Assembly (NCBI GenBank): GCA_963832165.1
Contig: CAWHTE010000003.1
Span: 480,001-544,000, forward strand
Reading direction: 5' to 3'
Origin: an uncultured delta proteobacterium
GTDB lineage: Bacteria > Myxococcota_A > UBA9160 > SMWR01
DNA length: 64,000 bases
Below are positions 8,945-17,871 of the stretch, piece after piece. The translations under genes were made by a program, and so were the position numbers. The notes beneath the pieces are model-generated. The model worked only from the letters and a program-made list of their open reading frames with translations. It had not been told where the DNA came from and ran no database searches. Each line of letters opens with the position of its first letter. The stretch's first letter is position 1.

Positions 8945-10849
8945 ATGATGCAGCTCGGATACCGTGATCGTCTGTCCGGCTCCATGGCCCGCCTCGGGCT
9001 CGCGGCTTGCGCCGCGCTCGTTCTCGTCCCGCTGGCGGCGCTCGCAGTCGACCCGCCGACGCCCCTCGTTCACTACGACTTCAACGAGACCGGCAACGCA
9101 CCCGGCAGCAGTGGCAGCGAGAGGCGCCCGCTCAAGATGCGCAACGACGCGGGTACCACGCTCGACTTCCACTCCGCCGACGGAGACGGAGTGAGCGGCA
9201 AGCCGGGCGATCGCGCGTTCGAGAATTTCGGAGCGTCCGACCACGGTTCGGTTGCGAGCGCGGCCACGAACGGATTCCGAGCCGACCAGAGCGACAACCC
9301 CGCCCTGGACGGGCTCGCGCAGTTTACGATCTCGGGATGGTTTCGAACCGAGACGACGAGCACTCTCGCCGGAAAGACGCCGAGAGTCGTGATCAATCAC
9401 GACAGCGAGGCTGGATCTTCCGGCGACGGCTTCAACCTCCAGTTCTTTGGTGATACCGACGGCGACCTCAAGCTCGAGGTCGACGACGACACCGGCGGCG
9501 GAGTCAATACCACCGGCGCGCGCTACGCGGCCAAGCAGACCTGGGTGTTCTTCGCAGTCAGCTACGACGGCAACGCGACCACCAACAACGTCAACTTCTA
9601 CGTCGGCTTCCGAAACGACGCGGAGGCGGGCGGCGGCCCGGGCTCGGCGGACGTGGCCCTCGTGACCACGACCTCGCTCAACCGGGGCCCGGTCGACGGC
9701 GAGAGCGTGGGGTTGAGCGTCGGCAACCGTCCGGCGGGGGATCGCCCGTTCGACGGCCAGCTGGACGAGATCCGCATCGACGCCGCGCTGCTCGACGCGG
9801 CGACGCTCGAGACCGTGCGCGAAGGTGCGCTCGTGGATCCATCGCCGAGCGGATTGGTTCTCGTCGATACGAACAACGTCGGCACGCAGGTCCTGGATCA
9901 GAACGCCGCGACGGTCACGGTGGACGAGCTGAGTGGCGTCACCTACGACCCGGATCAAGACGTGTTCTGGGCGATCGGGGACAGTGGTGGGCGGCTGCTC
10001 AAGATCGAAGCCGACTTCGATTGCGATGGCTTCATCGTCAATGCCACTGCCGTCTCGGCCGTGACGCTCGCCGACAATCTGGACTTCGAGGGTGTGGCCT
10101 ACAGCGGAGCCGGCTCGAACCGCGCCTTCATCTGCGACGAGGGGACCAGCTCGCTGAGCGAGTACGCGCTCTCCGACGGCACCTTCGTCCAGGGCGCGAC
10201 CGTTCCCGCCGTGTTCGACAACGCGCGATTCAATCGCAGCTTCGAGGGGCTCGCGCGATCGTCGAGTGGCGAGATGATCGTCGGCGTCGAGCAGGCGTTG
10301 ACCGTCGACGGCCCGGCCGGGACCTCGAGCACGGTACCGACGATCTCCCGCTGGCAGCGCTACGACGCCGCGCTGGGTCTCGACGGTCAGGTCGCCTATC
10401 AGGTCGAGCCCGCGCACGACACTCCGGTCGGCGAGACCGGCAGCGGTGTCTCGGACATCCTCTTCACGCTGGAAGACTCCCTGCTCGTCATCGAGCGCTC
10501 CGAGGCGAACGGCGAGTTTCTGGCGCGGATCTTCGAGGTCGACCTCTCGAACGCGACCGACGTGAGTCAGGGAAGCCTCGGCGCCGGACTGATCGGCGGC
10601 AGCTACACGCCGGTAGCCAAGAGGCTCGTGCTCTCGGACGACCGGCTCGGAAAGATCGAGGGGCTGGCCGCGAAGACTGTCGAATGTGGTGCCGAGGACG
10701 TCCAGGTCCTGCTCGGCGTCCAGGACGACACGGGCACGAACATCATCAGCAGCTTCGTTCGCGTCGTGCCGGAGCCCGGGTCAGCAGTGCAGCTCGTCGC
10801 CGGCACGCTCGCGCTCCTCGCGCTGGGCGGGCGGTCGCGGCGTAGCTGA
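8945..10849 (+). CDS. LamG-like plus esterase-like phytase/SdiA-regulated beta-propeller protein; PEP-CTERM
   Basis: Signal peptide (LAACAALVLVPLAALA); FDGQLDEIRI LamG motif; ELSGVTYD, DFEGVAY, NRSFEGLA and KIEGLA blades; VPEPGSAVQLVAGTLALLALGGRSRRS. Start could be 8945, 8948 or 8984. Confidence 0.8.
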   Translation: MMQLGYRDRLSGSMARLGLAACAALVLVPLAALAVDPPTPLVHYDFNETGNAPGSSGSERRPLKMRNDAGTTLDFHSADGDGVSGKPGDRAFENFGASDHGSVASAATNGFRADQSDNPALDGLAQFTISGWFRTETTSTLAGKTPRVVINHDSEAGSSGDGFNLQFFGDTDGDLKLEVDDDTGGGVNTTGARYAAKQTWVFFAVSYDGNATTNNVNFYVGFRNDAEAGGGPGSADVALVTTTSLNRGPVDGESVGLSVGNRPAGDRPFDGQLDEIRIDAALLDAATLETVREGALVDPSPSGLVLVDTNNVGTQVLDQNAATVTVDELSGVTYDPDQDVFWAIGDSGGRLLKIEADFDCDGFIVNATAVSAVTLADNLDFEGVAYSGAGSNRAFICDEGTSSLSEYALSDGTFVQGATVPAVFDNARFNRSFEGLARSSSGEMIVGVEQALTVDGPAGTSSTVPTISRWQRYDAALGLDGQVAYQVEPAHDTPVGETGSGVSDILFTLEDSLLVIERSEANGEFLARIFEVDLSNATDVSQGSLGAGLIGGSYTPVAKRLVLSDDRLGKIEGLAAKTVECGAEDVQVLLGVQDDTGTNIISSFVRVVPEPGSAVQLVAGTLALLALGGRSRRS

Positions 10850-10855
10850 CGCGTT

Positions 10856-12106
10856 CTAACCGTCGTCCTGTGAATCCGTCCAGCGCCGGAACACGAGCGA
10901 GGTGTTCACGCCGCCGAAAGCGAAGTTGTTGGAGACGATGATCTCCGCGGCGAGCTCGCGCGGCGCGCCGATCACGTAGTCGAGCGCTGCGCAGCGCGGG
11001 TCGGGGTGCTCGAGATTGTGGGTCGGCGCGACCCAGCCCTCGCGCAGCATCTCGAGGCTGATCCAGGCCTCGAGCGCGCCGCACGCGCCGAGCGTGTGCC
11101 CCATGTGGCCCTTCAGCGTGGAGACGGGAACGCGCGGGCCATACGCGCGCATCGTGGCCTCGCTCTCCGCGATGTCGCCCACCTCGGTACCCGTGCCGTG
11201 CGCGTTCACGTAGTCGATCGCGCCCGCGTCGAGACCCGCATCGGCGAGCGCGAGTCGCATCACCTGCTCCATGCCCTCCGGGCTCGGGTTGGTCATGTGC
11301 AGCCCATCGCAGTTGGTGCCGTAACCGAGCACCTCCGCGACGATCCGCGCGCCGCGCGCGCGCGCGAACTCGAGCTCCTCGAGCACGAGCGAGCCGGCTC
11401 CCTCGGCCACCACCACGCCGTCGCGTTCGGCGTCGAACGGGCGCGGCGTGCACTGTGGCTCGTCGTTGCGCGTGGAAGCGGCGAGCAGGATGTCGAAGAT
11501 CGCGCCGTCGATGCCGTCGATCTCCTCGGCGCCGCCTGCGACCATCACGTCCTGGCGCCCGAACCGGATCGCCTCGTACGCGTAGCCGATCCCCTGGCTG
11601 CCCGAGGTGCACGCGCTCGTTGTGGGGATGATCCGGCCGCGCAATCCGAAGAACTGCGCGATGTTCGCGGCGTTCGTGTGGCTCATGAAGCGGATGAAGT
11701 CGCTGCCGCGAATGCCGCTCGTGGTCTGCTTGCCGTAGAACTGGCGAGCGTATACCTCGAGCGCGCGCGGGCTGCCCTGGGTGCAGCCATACGCGACGCC
11801 GGTGCGTCCGTCGCCGAGCGCGGGGTGTCCGACCAGGCCCGCATCCGCGAGCGCGAGCTCGGTCGCGCGCGTCGCGAGCAGCGAGTCGCGCCCCATGCTG
11901 CGCGTCTTGTGGCGCGGCCAGTCGTCGGGCGCAGTGAAGTCCGGCACCGGCGCCGCGACGCGCGTGCGCAGACCCGCGATTCCGTCCCAGGCGTCCATGC
12001 GCACGACGCCGGACCGGCCCGCCATCAGGCTCTCGCGCACGGCCTTCCAGCCGCTCCCGATCGGGGCGATACCCGACATCCCCGTGACCACCACGCGTCG
12101 GCTCAT
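10856..12106 (-). CDS. Beta-ketoacyl-ACP synthase (FabF/FabB-like, aryl-polyene-cluster type)
   Basis: MSRRVVVTGM start with AAGGAG RBS; TSACTSG (catalytic Cys), NAHGTGT, KGHMGHTLGA, NNFAFGGVN. Confidence 0.92.
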   Translation of the reverse strand: MSRRVVVTGMSGIAPIGSGWKAVRESLMAGRSGVVRMDAWDGIAGLRTRVAAPVPDFTAPDDWPRHKTRSMGRDSLLATRATELALADAGLVGHPALGDGRTGVAYGCTQGSPRALEVYARQFYGKQTTSGIRGSDFIRFMSHTNAANIAQFFGLRGRIIPTTSACTSGSQGIGYAYEAIRFGRQDVMVAGGAEEIDGIDGAIFDILLAASTRNDEPQCTPRPFDAERDGVVVAEGAGSLVLEELEFARARGARIVAEVLGYGTNCDGLHMTNPSPEGMEQVMRLALADAGLDAGAIDYVNAHGTGTEVGDIAESEATMRAYGPRVPVSTLKGHMGHTLGACGALEAWISLEMLREGWVAPTHNLEHPDPRCAALDYVIGAPRELAAEIIVSNNFAFGGVNTSLVFRRWTDSQDDG

Positions 12107-13108
12107 CGCCTCTCCTTCGCGGGGGTCCACGCTTCGCGCGCCTCCGGCTCGCTGCGCGCGGCCTCCGGCCGCTTGCTCTCCGCCCACACGTCGTAGAAGT
12201 TGAACCATTGGTAGGGCGCCTGCAGCAGGTAGTGCTCGAGGCGCCCCGCATAGGCGGCCGCGAGCTCGCGGAGGCGCTTCGTCGCGCTCGTTTCGGCCGA
12301 AGTCCACCTGCTCCGCGAGCACTTCCGCGAACACGCGGTAGCGCGGACCCGGGCCGCGCAGCGCGACCATGAAGAAGAGCGGGCAGTCGAGCAGACCCGC
12401 GAGCAGGTACGGCGCCTCGGGCAGCTCGATGCGACCGCCGAGCAGGGTCACCGCGCGGGTGCGCCCGCGCTCGGCCGGCTCGACGCGGTCGCCCAGCATG
12501 GCCACGAGCTCGCCGCGCTCGATGCAGGCTCGGATCTGCAGCACGGTACCCATCGAGTCGCGTTCCACCTGGATCACGCGCAGCTGCACGTCGGGCGAGA
12601 GCGCGCGGAACACCGCATTGATGCGCGGCGCGTGCTCGGTGTACATGAGCACGTTGACGGTGCGGCGATCGCGCTCGGCGAGCGCGCGCAGCGCGTCGAA
12701 GCTGCCGAGGTGGGCGCCCACGACGATCGCGCCGCGCGAGGGTTGGAGCAGACGGTCGAAGTGCTCGCGCCCGAACACCTCGAACGCGAGATGGCGCTCG
12801 CGCCCGAACCAGAGCTCGAGCCGGTCGAAGATCGAGAGCGCGAACGCCCGGAAGTGCAGGAAGCTCGTCCATGTGCCGGGCGCGCGTCCGAGCGCGCGCG
12901 CGCCATCGGGTGAAGCCGCCACGCGATGCAGGTACGCGAGCGACGCGCGGCGCTGTACGCGTCCGGTCAGGAAGAAGTAGGCGACGATCGCGTGCACGAG
13001 CACGAGCGAGAGCGGCCGCCCGAACCAGCGGTAGCAGGCCACCGTGATGCGCAGGCCGAGCATCGAGCCGCGCTCGGCGGCGCGCGTCCAGTTCGTGTGT
13101 CCGCTCAC
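12103..13108 (-). CDS. LpxL/LpxP-like acyltransferase (aryl-polyene-cluster type); one frameshift near 12280
   Basis: WTRAAERGS, GAHLGSFD, MLGDR; the C-terminal RLEHYLLQAPYQWFNFYDVW lies in a shifted frame ending in an ATGA overlap with the KS. Confidence 0.8.
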
Positions 13109-13575
13109 GCCGAAGGCCCTTCTGGGAAGAAGCGCCGCATCAGCGGGTCGACCCAGGCGCCCGTGAAGTGATGGAACCGCCACGACCGCACCAACCACTC
13201 CGCGCCGAACAAGAGCGCCATGAGCAGATAGGAGATGAATCCCGTGTAGAGCGTCCAGAGCCATAGCTCCGCGAACCACGCGAGCCCGAAGCAGACCGCA
13301 GCGTTCGCGGCGAAGAACGCGCACCACACCGCGGTCGTGGTGCGGCAGTGGCGCACCTGCGCCGCGGACAGATCCGGCTCGCGCAGCCGCGCGAGCTGCT
13401 CGACGAGGGTCGGGCCACTGCGCAGCGTGCGGCCGAATGCGAACAGGAGGCCCAGGTTGATCAACACGGGCACGAGCAGCAGCGCGCGCGCGTCCCAGCG
13501 CGGCTCGAGCCAGCGCAGGAATGCGAATACCGCGAACGGATAGGCGACCGCCGAGAGGCCGCGTACGAGCTTCAT
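13105..13575 (-). CDS. COG4648-like membrane protein of aryl-polyene-type clusters
   Basis: PVLINLGLLFAFGRTLRSGPTLVEQLAR...WCAFF...WTLYTGFISYLLM; translationally coupled to the ACP (TGATG). Confidence 0.75.
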   Translation of the reverse strand: MKLVRGLSAVAYPFAVFAFLRWLEPRWDARALLLVPVLINLGLLFAFGRTLRSGPTLVEQLARLREPDLSAAQVRHCRTTTAVWCAFFAANAAVCFGLAWFAELWLWTLYTGFISYLLMALLFGAEWLVRSWRFHHFTGAWVDPLMRRFFPEGPSA

Positions 13576-13859
13576 CACCCGCCGGCGGCGCTCCGCGCAA
13601 ACGCAGCCCGGATCGCATCGACCGCGTCGGCCACGGTGCGCACCGATTTGAGGTCCTCCTCGTCGAGCTTGATCCCGCGCTCCTCCTCGAGCGAGACAGC
13701 CAGGTCGACCAGGTCGATGCTGTCGAGGTCGAGATCGTCGATCAGGTGCTTGGAGAGCTCGATCTCGGAGGGCTCGAGGCCGAACTCGGCCTGCATCGTC
13801 GAGCGGAGCACGGCGAGGACGTCCTCGCTCGTGGGCGTGGCGGTGGCGGGCGACGGCAC
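13575..13859 (-). CDS. Acyl carrier protein
   Basis: Acidic 94 aa; DLDLDSIDLVDL phosphopantetheine Ser motif. Confidence 0.92.
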   Translation of the reverse strand: MPSPATATPTSEDVLAVLRSTMQAEFGLEPSEIELSKHLIDDLDLDSIDLVDLAVSLEEERGIKLDEEDLKSVRTVADAVDAIRAAFARSAAGG

Positions 13860-13873
13860 GGGCCAAAATTACC

Positions 13874-14614
13874 TCAAGGATCGGACCGCAGCAGCGAGGT
13901 GAGGGCGCGGCCCGCCGCGATCAGCGCGAGCCGCGTGTGGAGCCACGCGATGCGCGCGGTGTCGCGCACGACGTGGAAGTGGGACACGCCGCCCTCGGCC
14001 GCGGACAGGTAGCGCACGCGCGTGGGCAGGTTGCGCACCGGGGTACCGGCCCAGACCATCCGCACGGGCAGCTCGAGGTCGAACTCCATGTGGTCGCCGC
14101 GCGCGCGCGCTGCGAGCGCGGCCGCGAGCGGATACACGCGAAACCCGCACTGGGGGTCGGTAATGGCGCGGCTGCCCGTCTCGACGCTGACCCAGAAGAT
14201 GCTGAGCTGACGCGCGAACGCGCGCGCGCGCGGCTGGCTCGCGTCGAACACGGGACGGCCCAGGATCAGCGCCTCGGGGTGGGCGCGTGCCTCGGCGAGG
14301 AAGCGCGGCACGTCCCCGAGGTCGTGCTGGCCGTCGGCGTCGACCTGGAGCACATGGGTCGCGCCGAGACGCTGCGCCGCCGCGAAGCCCGTCTTGACCG
14401 CCGCGCCCTTGCCGCCGTTGTGCGCGCGCCGCTCCACCCGGGCGAGGCCCGAGCTCTCGATCTTGTCCACGGCCGCGCGCCCCGCGGCGCCACTGCCGTC
14501 GTCGACCACGACCACGTCCGAGACGTGGGCGCGCACCCCCTCGACCACCGCCCGCACGGTCGCGGGGTTGTCGTAGGTCGGGATCACCGCGCAGACGCGA
14601 AACGGCAGGGTCAC
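13874..14614 (-). CDS. Glycosyltransferase family 2
   Basis: VIPTYDN, VVVDDGS, NGGKGAA, VDADGQHD, DPQCGFRVYP, SHFHVVRD; GTG start overlaps the upstream TGA. Confidence 0.88.
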   Translation of the reverse strand: MTLPFRVCAVIPTYDNPATVRAVVEGVRAHVSDVVVVDDGSGAAGRAAVDKIESSGLARVERRAHNGGKGAAVKTGFAAAQRLGATHVLQVDADGQHDLGDVPRFLAEARAHPEALILGRPVFDASQPRARAFARQLSIFWVSVETGSRAITDPQCGFRVYPLAAALAARARGDHMEFDLELPVRMVWAGTPVRNLPTRVRYLSAAEGGVSHFHVVRDTARIAWLHTRLALIAAGRALTSLLRSDP

Positions 14615-15902
14615 GCGCTTGCGCCGGTCCGCTCGTTCGCGCGGCGTTGCCGCCGTGCGAGCCAGAGCAGCATCCCGATCGCGGGCCACACGCGCCAGGT
14701 GAGGTGTCACCGACCCCGCCAGCACCGAGACGATCTCGCGCCGCAGCCATGCAACGCCGGGACGGCCGTGAGGCGGGCGCAGGAACACCTCGCGGAACGC
14801 CGGGTCGTACCAGGCGTAGATGAAGCGGGCGTAGACGCCGAGCTGTGCGCGGCTCTCGCGCGCATAGCGCGCGAAGTCGCGCGCCACGGGCAGTCGGCCC
14901 GCCGCGAGCGCGCGCGTGGCCGCGAGGCTCGCGCGCTCGGCCCCCGTCATCGCGAGGTGCACCCCGGACGAGAACACGGGATCGAGGAATGCGCCCGCAT
15001 CGCCGATCGCGACCCAGCCGTCCCCTGCGAGCTCGCGCAGGCGGTACTGGAAGTCGGCGGTGGCCTCGACGGGGCGCGTCTGGGGCGCACCGCGCAGCCG
15101 CCGCGCGACCGCGGGCACCTGCTCTAGCACCTCGCTCCAGATCGCGTCGTGGTCGGCGCCCGCAACGGCGCCGCGTTCGGTACCAGTCGCGGTCGAGCAC
15201 GGCGCCCACCGAGGCGCCGCCGTCGGCGAACGGGATCAGCCACATCCAGCCGAACGCAGTGGCGACCACCGCGATCGTGCCCGCGTCCTCGCCAGTCGAG
15301 CGGATCGCATCGCCGTAGTGGCAGTAGAGCGCCACGCGGTGGAGCTTCGGGTCGCGCTGGCGAAGCGCGAGCTGTGCGCCGATCGCGGTGGCACGCCCCG
15401 AGCAGTCGGCGACGAGCCGCGCGCGCACGCGCGTGCGCGCGCCGTCGGGCCCTCGCAGCACCACACCCGTGGCGCGCGCGTCCGCGAAGATCACCTCCTC
15501 GACGAGCGTCCCGTCGCGCGCCTCGACACCGGTCTCGAGCGCGGCGTCCCAGAGGATCTGGTCGAAATCCGCACGCCGCACCTCGTAGGAGTGGTCGGCG
15601 ATCCAGCGGCTCGCGTTGGGGAAGTGCGAGTACTCGGGCTGGTCGCCGTCCGCGAAGCAGAAGTAGGCGCCGTACTTGCGCACGAATCCGGCCTTCTCGA
15701 AGCGCTCCGCCACGCCCAGGCGCTGCCAGAGCGGCATCGTCGCGGGCAGCAGGCTCTCTCCGACGGAGAAGCGCGGGTGGCGCGAGCGCTCGACCAGCAG
15801 CACCTCGTGCCCCGCGCGCCGCATCAGGTGGGCAAACGTGGTGCCGGCGGGGCCGCCGCCGATCACCACGGCGTCATACTGCTCGCGAAGGGCCCGCGTC
15901 AC
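14611..15902 (-). CDS. Flavin-dependent halogenase-like NAD(P)/FAD oxidoreductase; frameshifts near 15160 and 14700
   Basis: IGGGPAG, HPRFSVGESLLP, RKYGA, GWMWLIP (WxWxIP), GDAGAFLDPVFSSGV, spread over shifted frames. Confidence 0.82.
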
Positions 15903-15933
15903 GGGGGCATTCTAGTCGATAGACTTCGCGACG
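15903..15933. promoter_or_regulatory. Back-to-back -10 elements, probable leaderless divergent promoters
   Basis: TAGACT (+, 15920-15925) lies 8 nt before ATG 15934; TAGAAT (-, 15914-15909) lies 6 nt before GTG 15902. Confidence 0.5.
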
Positions 15934-16725
15934 ATGCGCCGCCTCGCGCGAGAGCTCTACCGCTACGTCGCCACCGCGCAGGGCTGGCTCTGGGTCGGCA
16001 GCCTCACGCTGTTCTTCGGCCTCGTGCCGATCCCGCTCGCGCTGCTGCTCGCCCGGTTCTGGCCCGGAGCGGGGGAGTGGTTCGCGGATTTCACGCACCG
16101 CACGCTCGCGCTCTACGGCCGGACCTGCATGTACATGAAGATCGGCGTCGAGGGCGCAGAGCGGCGCGTCGCCGGCACGCGGATCCTCGTCGCGAACCAC
16201 CAGTCCTGGCTCGATCCACTGGTCTTGATGGGGCTGGAACCGCGGCTCGCGGGCCCCGTGAAGCGCTACATGCTGCGCGTGCCGATCTTCGGCGCGGTCC
16301 CGCGGCTCGCGGGCTTCTTCCAGAGCGACGTGGGCGAGCTGCCGTCGCTCGAGGAGATGGCGCGCTGCGTCGCCACGGCGCGCGCGCGCGGCGGCAGCCT
16401 GCTCTTCTTTCCGGAGGGCACGCGCTCGAAGGACGGCGCGCTCGGCGCGTTCCACCGCGGCGCGTTCCGCACCGCGTTCGACCATGGACTCGCCATCCAG
16501 CCCGTCGTGATCGAGGGCCTCGACCGCGTGCTGCCGCGCCACGGTCCGATCGTGCAGACCTACGGCCGACAGCTCGTGCGCGTTCGTTACCTCGCGCCGA
16601 TCACGCCGCCGTTCGACATGCCGGGCGCCCTGCGGCGCGACGTCGTGCGCGGACTCGCGGAGCGCGCGCACGACGTGATCGCCGAGGATCTCGAGGCGAT
16701 GCGCAAGTCGCGGACGGAACGCTAG
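15934..16725 (+). CDS. Lysophospholipid acyltransferase (PlsC family)
   Basis: NHQSWLD and FFPEGTRS motifs. Confidence 0.9.
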   Translation: MRRLARELYRYVATAQGWLWVGSLTLFFGLVPIPLALLLARFWPGAGEWFADFTHRTLALYGRTCMYMKIGVEGAERRVAGTRILVANHQSWLDPLVLMGLEPRLAGPVKRYMLRVPIFGAVPRLAGFFQSDVGELPSLEEMARCVATARARGGSLLFFPEGTRSKDGALGAFHRGAFRTAFDHGLAIQPVVIEGLDRVLPRHGPIVQTYGRQLVRVRYLAPITPPFDMPGALRRDVVRGLAERAHDVIAEDLEAMRKSRTER

Positions 16726-16731
16726 CCGCGT

Positions 16732-17421
16732 TCACGCGCGCGCGAGGAAGACCACGTTGGTCTCCTGTTCGCCGAACACGCGATTCTCGAAGCACACGCG
16801 CTCGACGCGGGTCTGCGCGAACACGCGCGCGAGTGCGGCCGCGAAGCGCGGAGACTCCGCATACGACCACACGCCGAGCACGCCGCCCGGCGCGAGGTGG
16901 CGCCGCGCGCGCTGCAGGCCGTCTTCGGAGTAGAACGCAGCGCTCTCGCTCCCGAGCGGCTCATCGGGCGAGTGGTCGACGTCGATCAGGATCAGATCCC
17001 AGCGTTCCTCGCTCTCCCGAGCGATCCGCGCGTAGACGTCACCGTGCGACACGGCCAGCCGCGGATCCGCCATGAGCGGCGCGGAGAGCGGCAGTCTGCC
17101 ATCGCGCAGCCAGCCGATCACGGGTGCGAGATATTCGACCACCTCGACGCGCGCGACGAGCGGCGACGCGAGCACCGCGTGCGCGGTGTGGCCGAGGCCG
17201 AGGCCACCCACGAGCACTGAGAGATCCGCGCCCGCGTGCAGCGCGATTGCGCTCGACGCGAGTGCGCGCTCGGAGTCGGTGTTCACGCTGCTCATGAGGA
17301 AGTGGTGGTCGAGCGTGATCTCGGTGACCACCGTGGCCGGGTCGCTCTCGAGCGCCTGCTGCCGCAGGCATACGAGGCCGAGCGGGCTCTCCTCCGCGGC
17401 GAGATATTCGGGTGTCTTCAC
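16732..17421 (-). CDS. Spermidine-synthase-like SAM-binding protein
   Basis: FLMSS, VLVGGLGLGHT, DLILIDVDHSP, LAPGGVLGVWS; GTG start at 17421. Confidence 0.8.
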   Translation of the reverse strand: MKTPEYLAAEESPLGLVCLRQQALESDPATVVTEITLDHHFLMSSVNTDSERALASSAIALHAGADLSVLVGGLGLGHTAHAVLASPLVARVEVVEYLAPVIGWLRDGRLPLSAPLMADPRLAVSHGDVYARIARESEERWDLILIDVDHSPDEPLGSESAAFYSEDGLQRARRHLAPGGVLGVWSYAESPRFAAALARVFAQTRVERVCFENRVFGEQETNVVFLARA

Positions 17422-17429
17422 GCGGTGCG

Positions 17430-17846
17430 TCAGCGCTCTTCCAAGCGGTAGACGTTCCAAGGCCCCAGGAACGGCCGCATCACCGACAGGAAGACGTGCG
17501 GTGTCCGGCCGTACTTCGCGGTGAATGCCTCGTTCACGCGGTTGAAGAGCTCGGGATCCTTCACGGGAACCGCGCGGACCGGAATCTCCTTGTCCCCGAT
17601 GCGCAGCGCTGCGGCCGAGTCGCGCTCGAGGTCCGCGCGCCAGCCCGTGTTGCGCGTGCGGATGAAGCCCTGATCGTCGAGCACGACGAGCCAGATCTTC
17701 ACCTCGCGCGGCGTGCCGTCCTCACCGTGCACGACCGCGAGGATCTCCTGCTCGTCCACGAACTCCGACCACGCCGCGCGCGCCGAGTCCGCAGATGCGA
17801 ACGAGAGGGCGCACGCCAGCGCAAACGCCGTGAGTGCGACCCGCAT
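17430..17846 (-). CDS. Secreted DUF2255-like split-barrel protein
   Basis: Signal peptide MRVALTAFALACALSFASA; DGTPREVKIWLVV...VNEAFTAKYG. Confidence 0.6.
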   Translation of the reverse strand: MRVALTAFALACALSFASADSARAAWSEFVDEQEILAVVHGEDGTPREVKIWLVVLDDQGFIRTRNTGWRADLERDSAAALRIGDKEIPVRAVPVKDPELFNRVNEAFTAKYGRTPHVFLSVMRPFLGPWNVYRLEER

Positions 17847-17871
17847 CGGTTCTCCTCGTCGTCGAGTGGGG

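Noticed and set aside
10856..13618. 920-aa acyltransferase-ketosynthase fusion in the ORF track
   Set aside because: Artefact of a frameshift near 12280; the acyltransferase C-terminus is in another frame, and the KS has its own RBS and ATG at 12106.
13874..15130. Halogenase-GT2 fusion ORF
   Set aside because: Frameshift near 14700; the corrected halogenase ends at 14611 with a GTGA overlap to the GT2 start.
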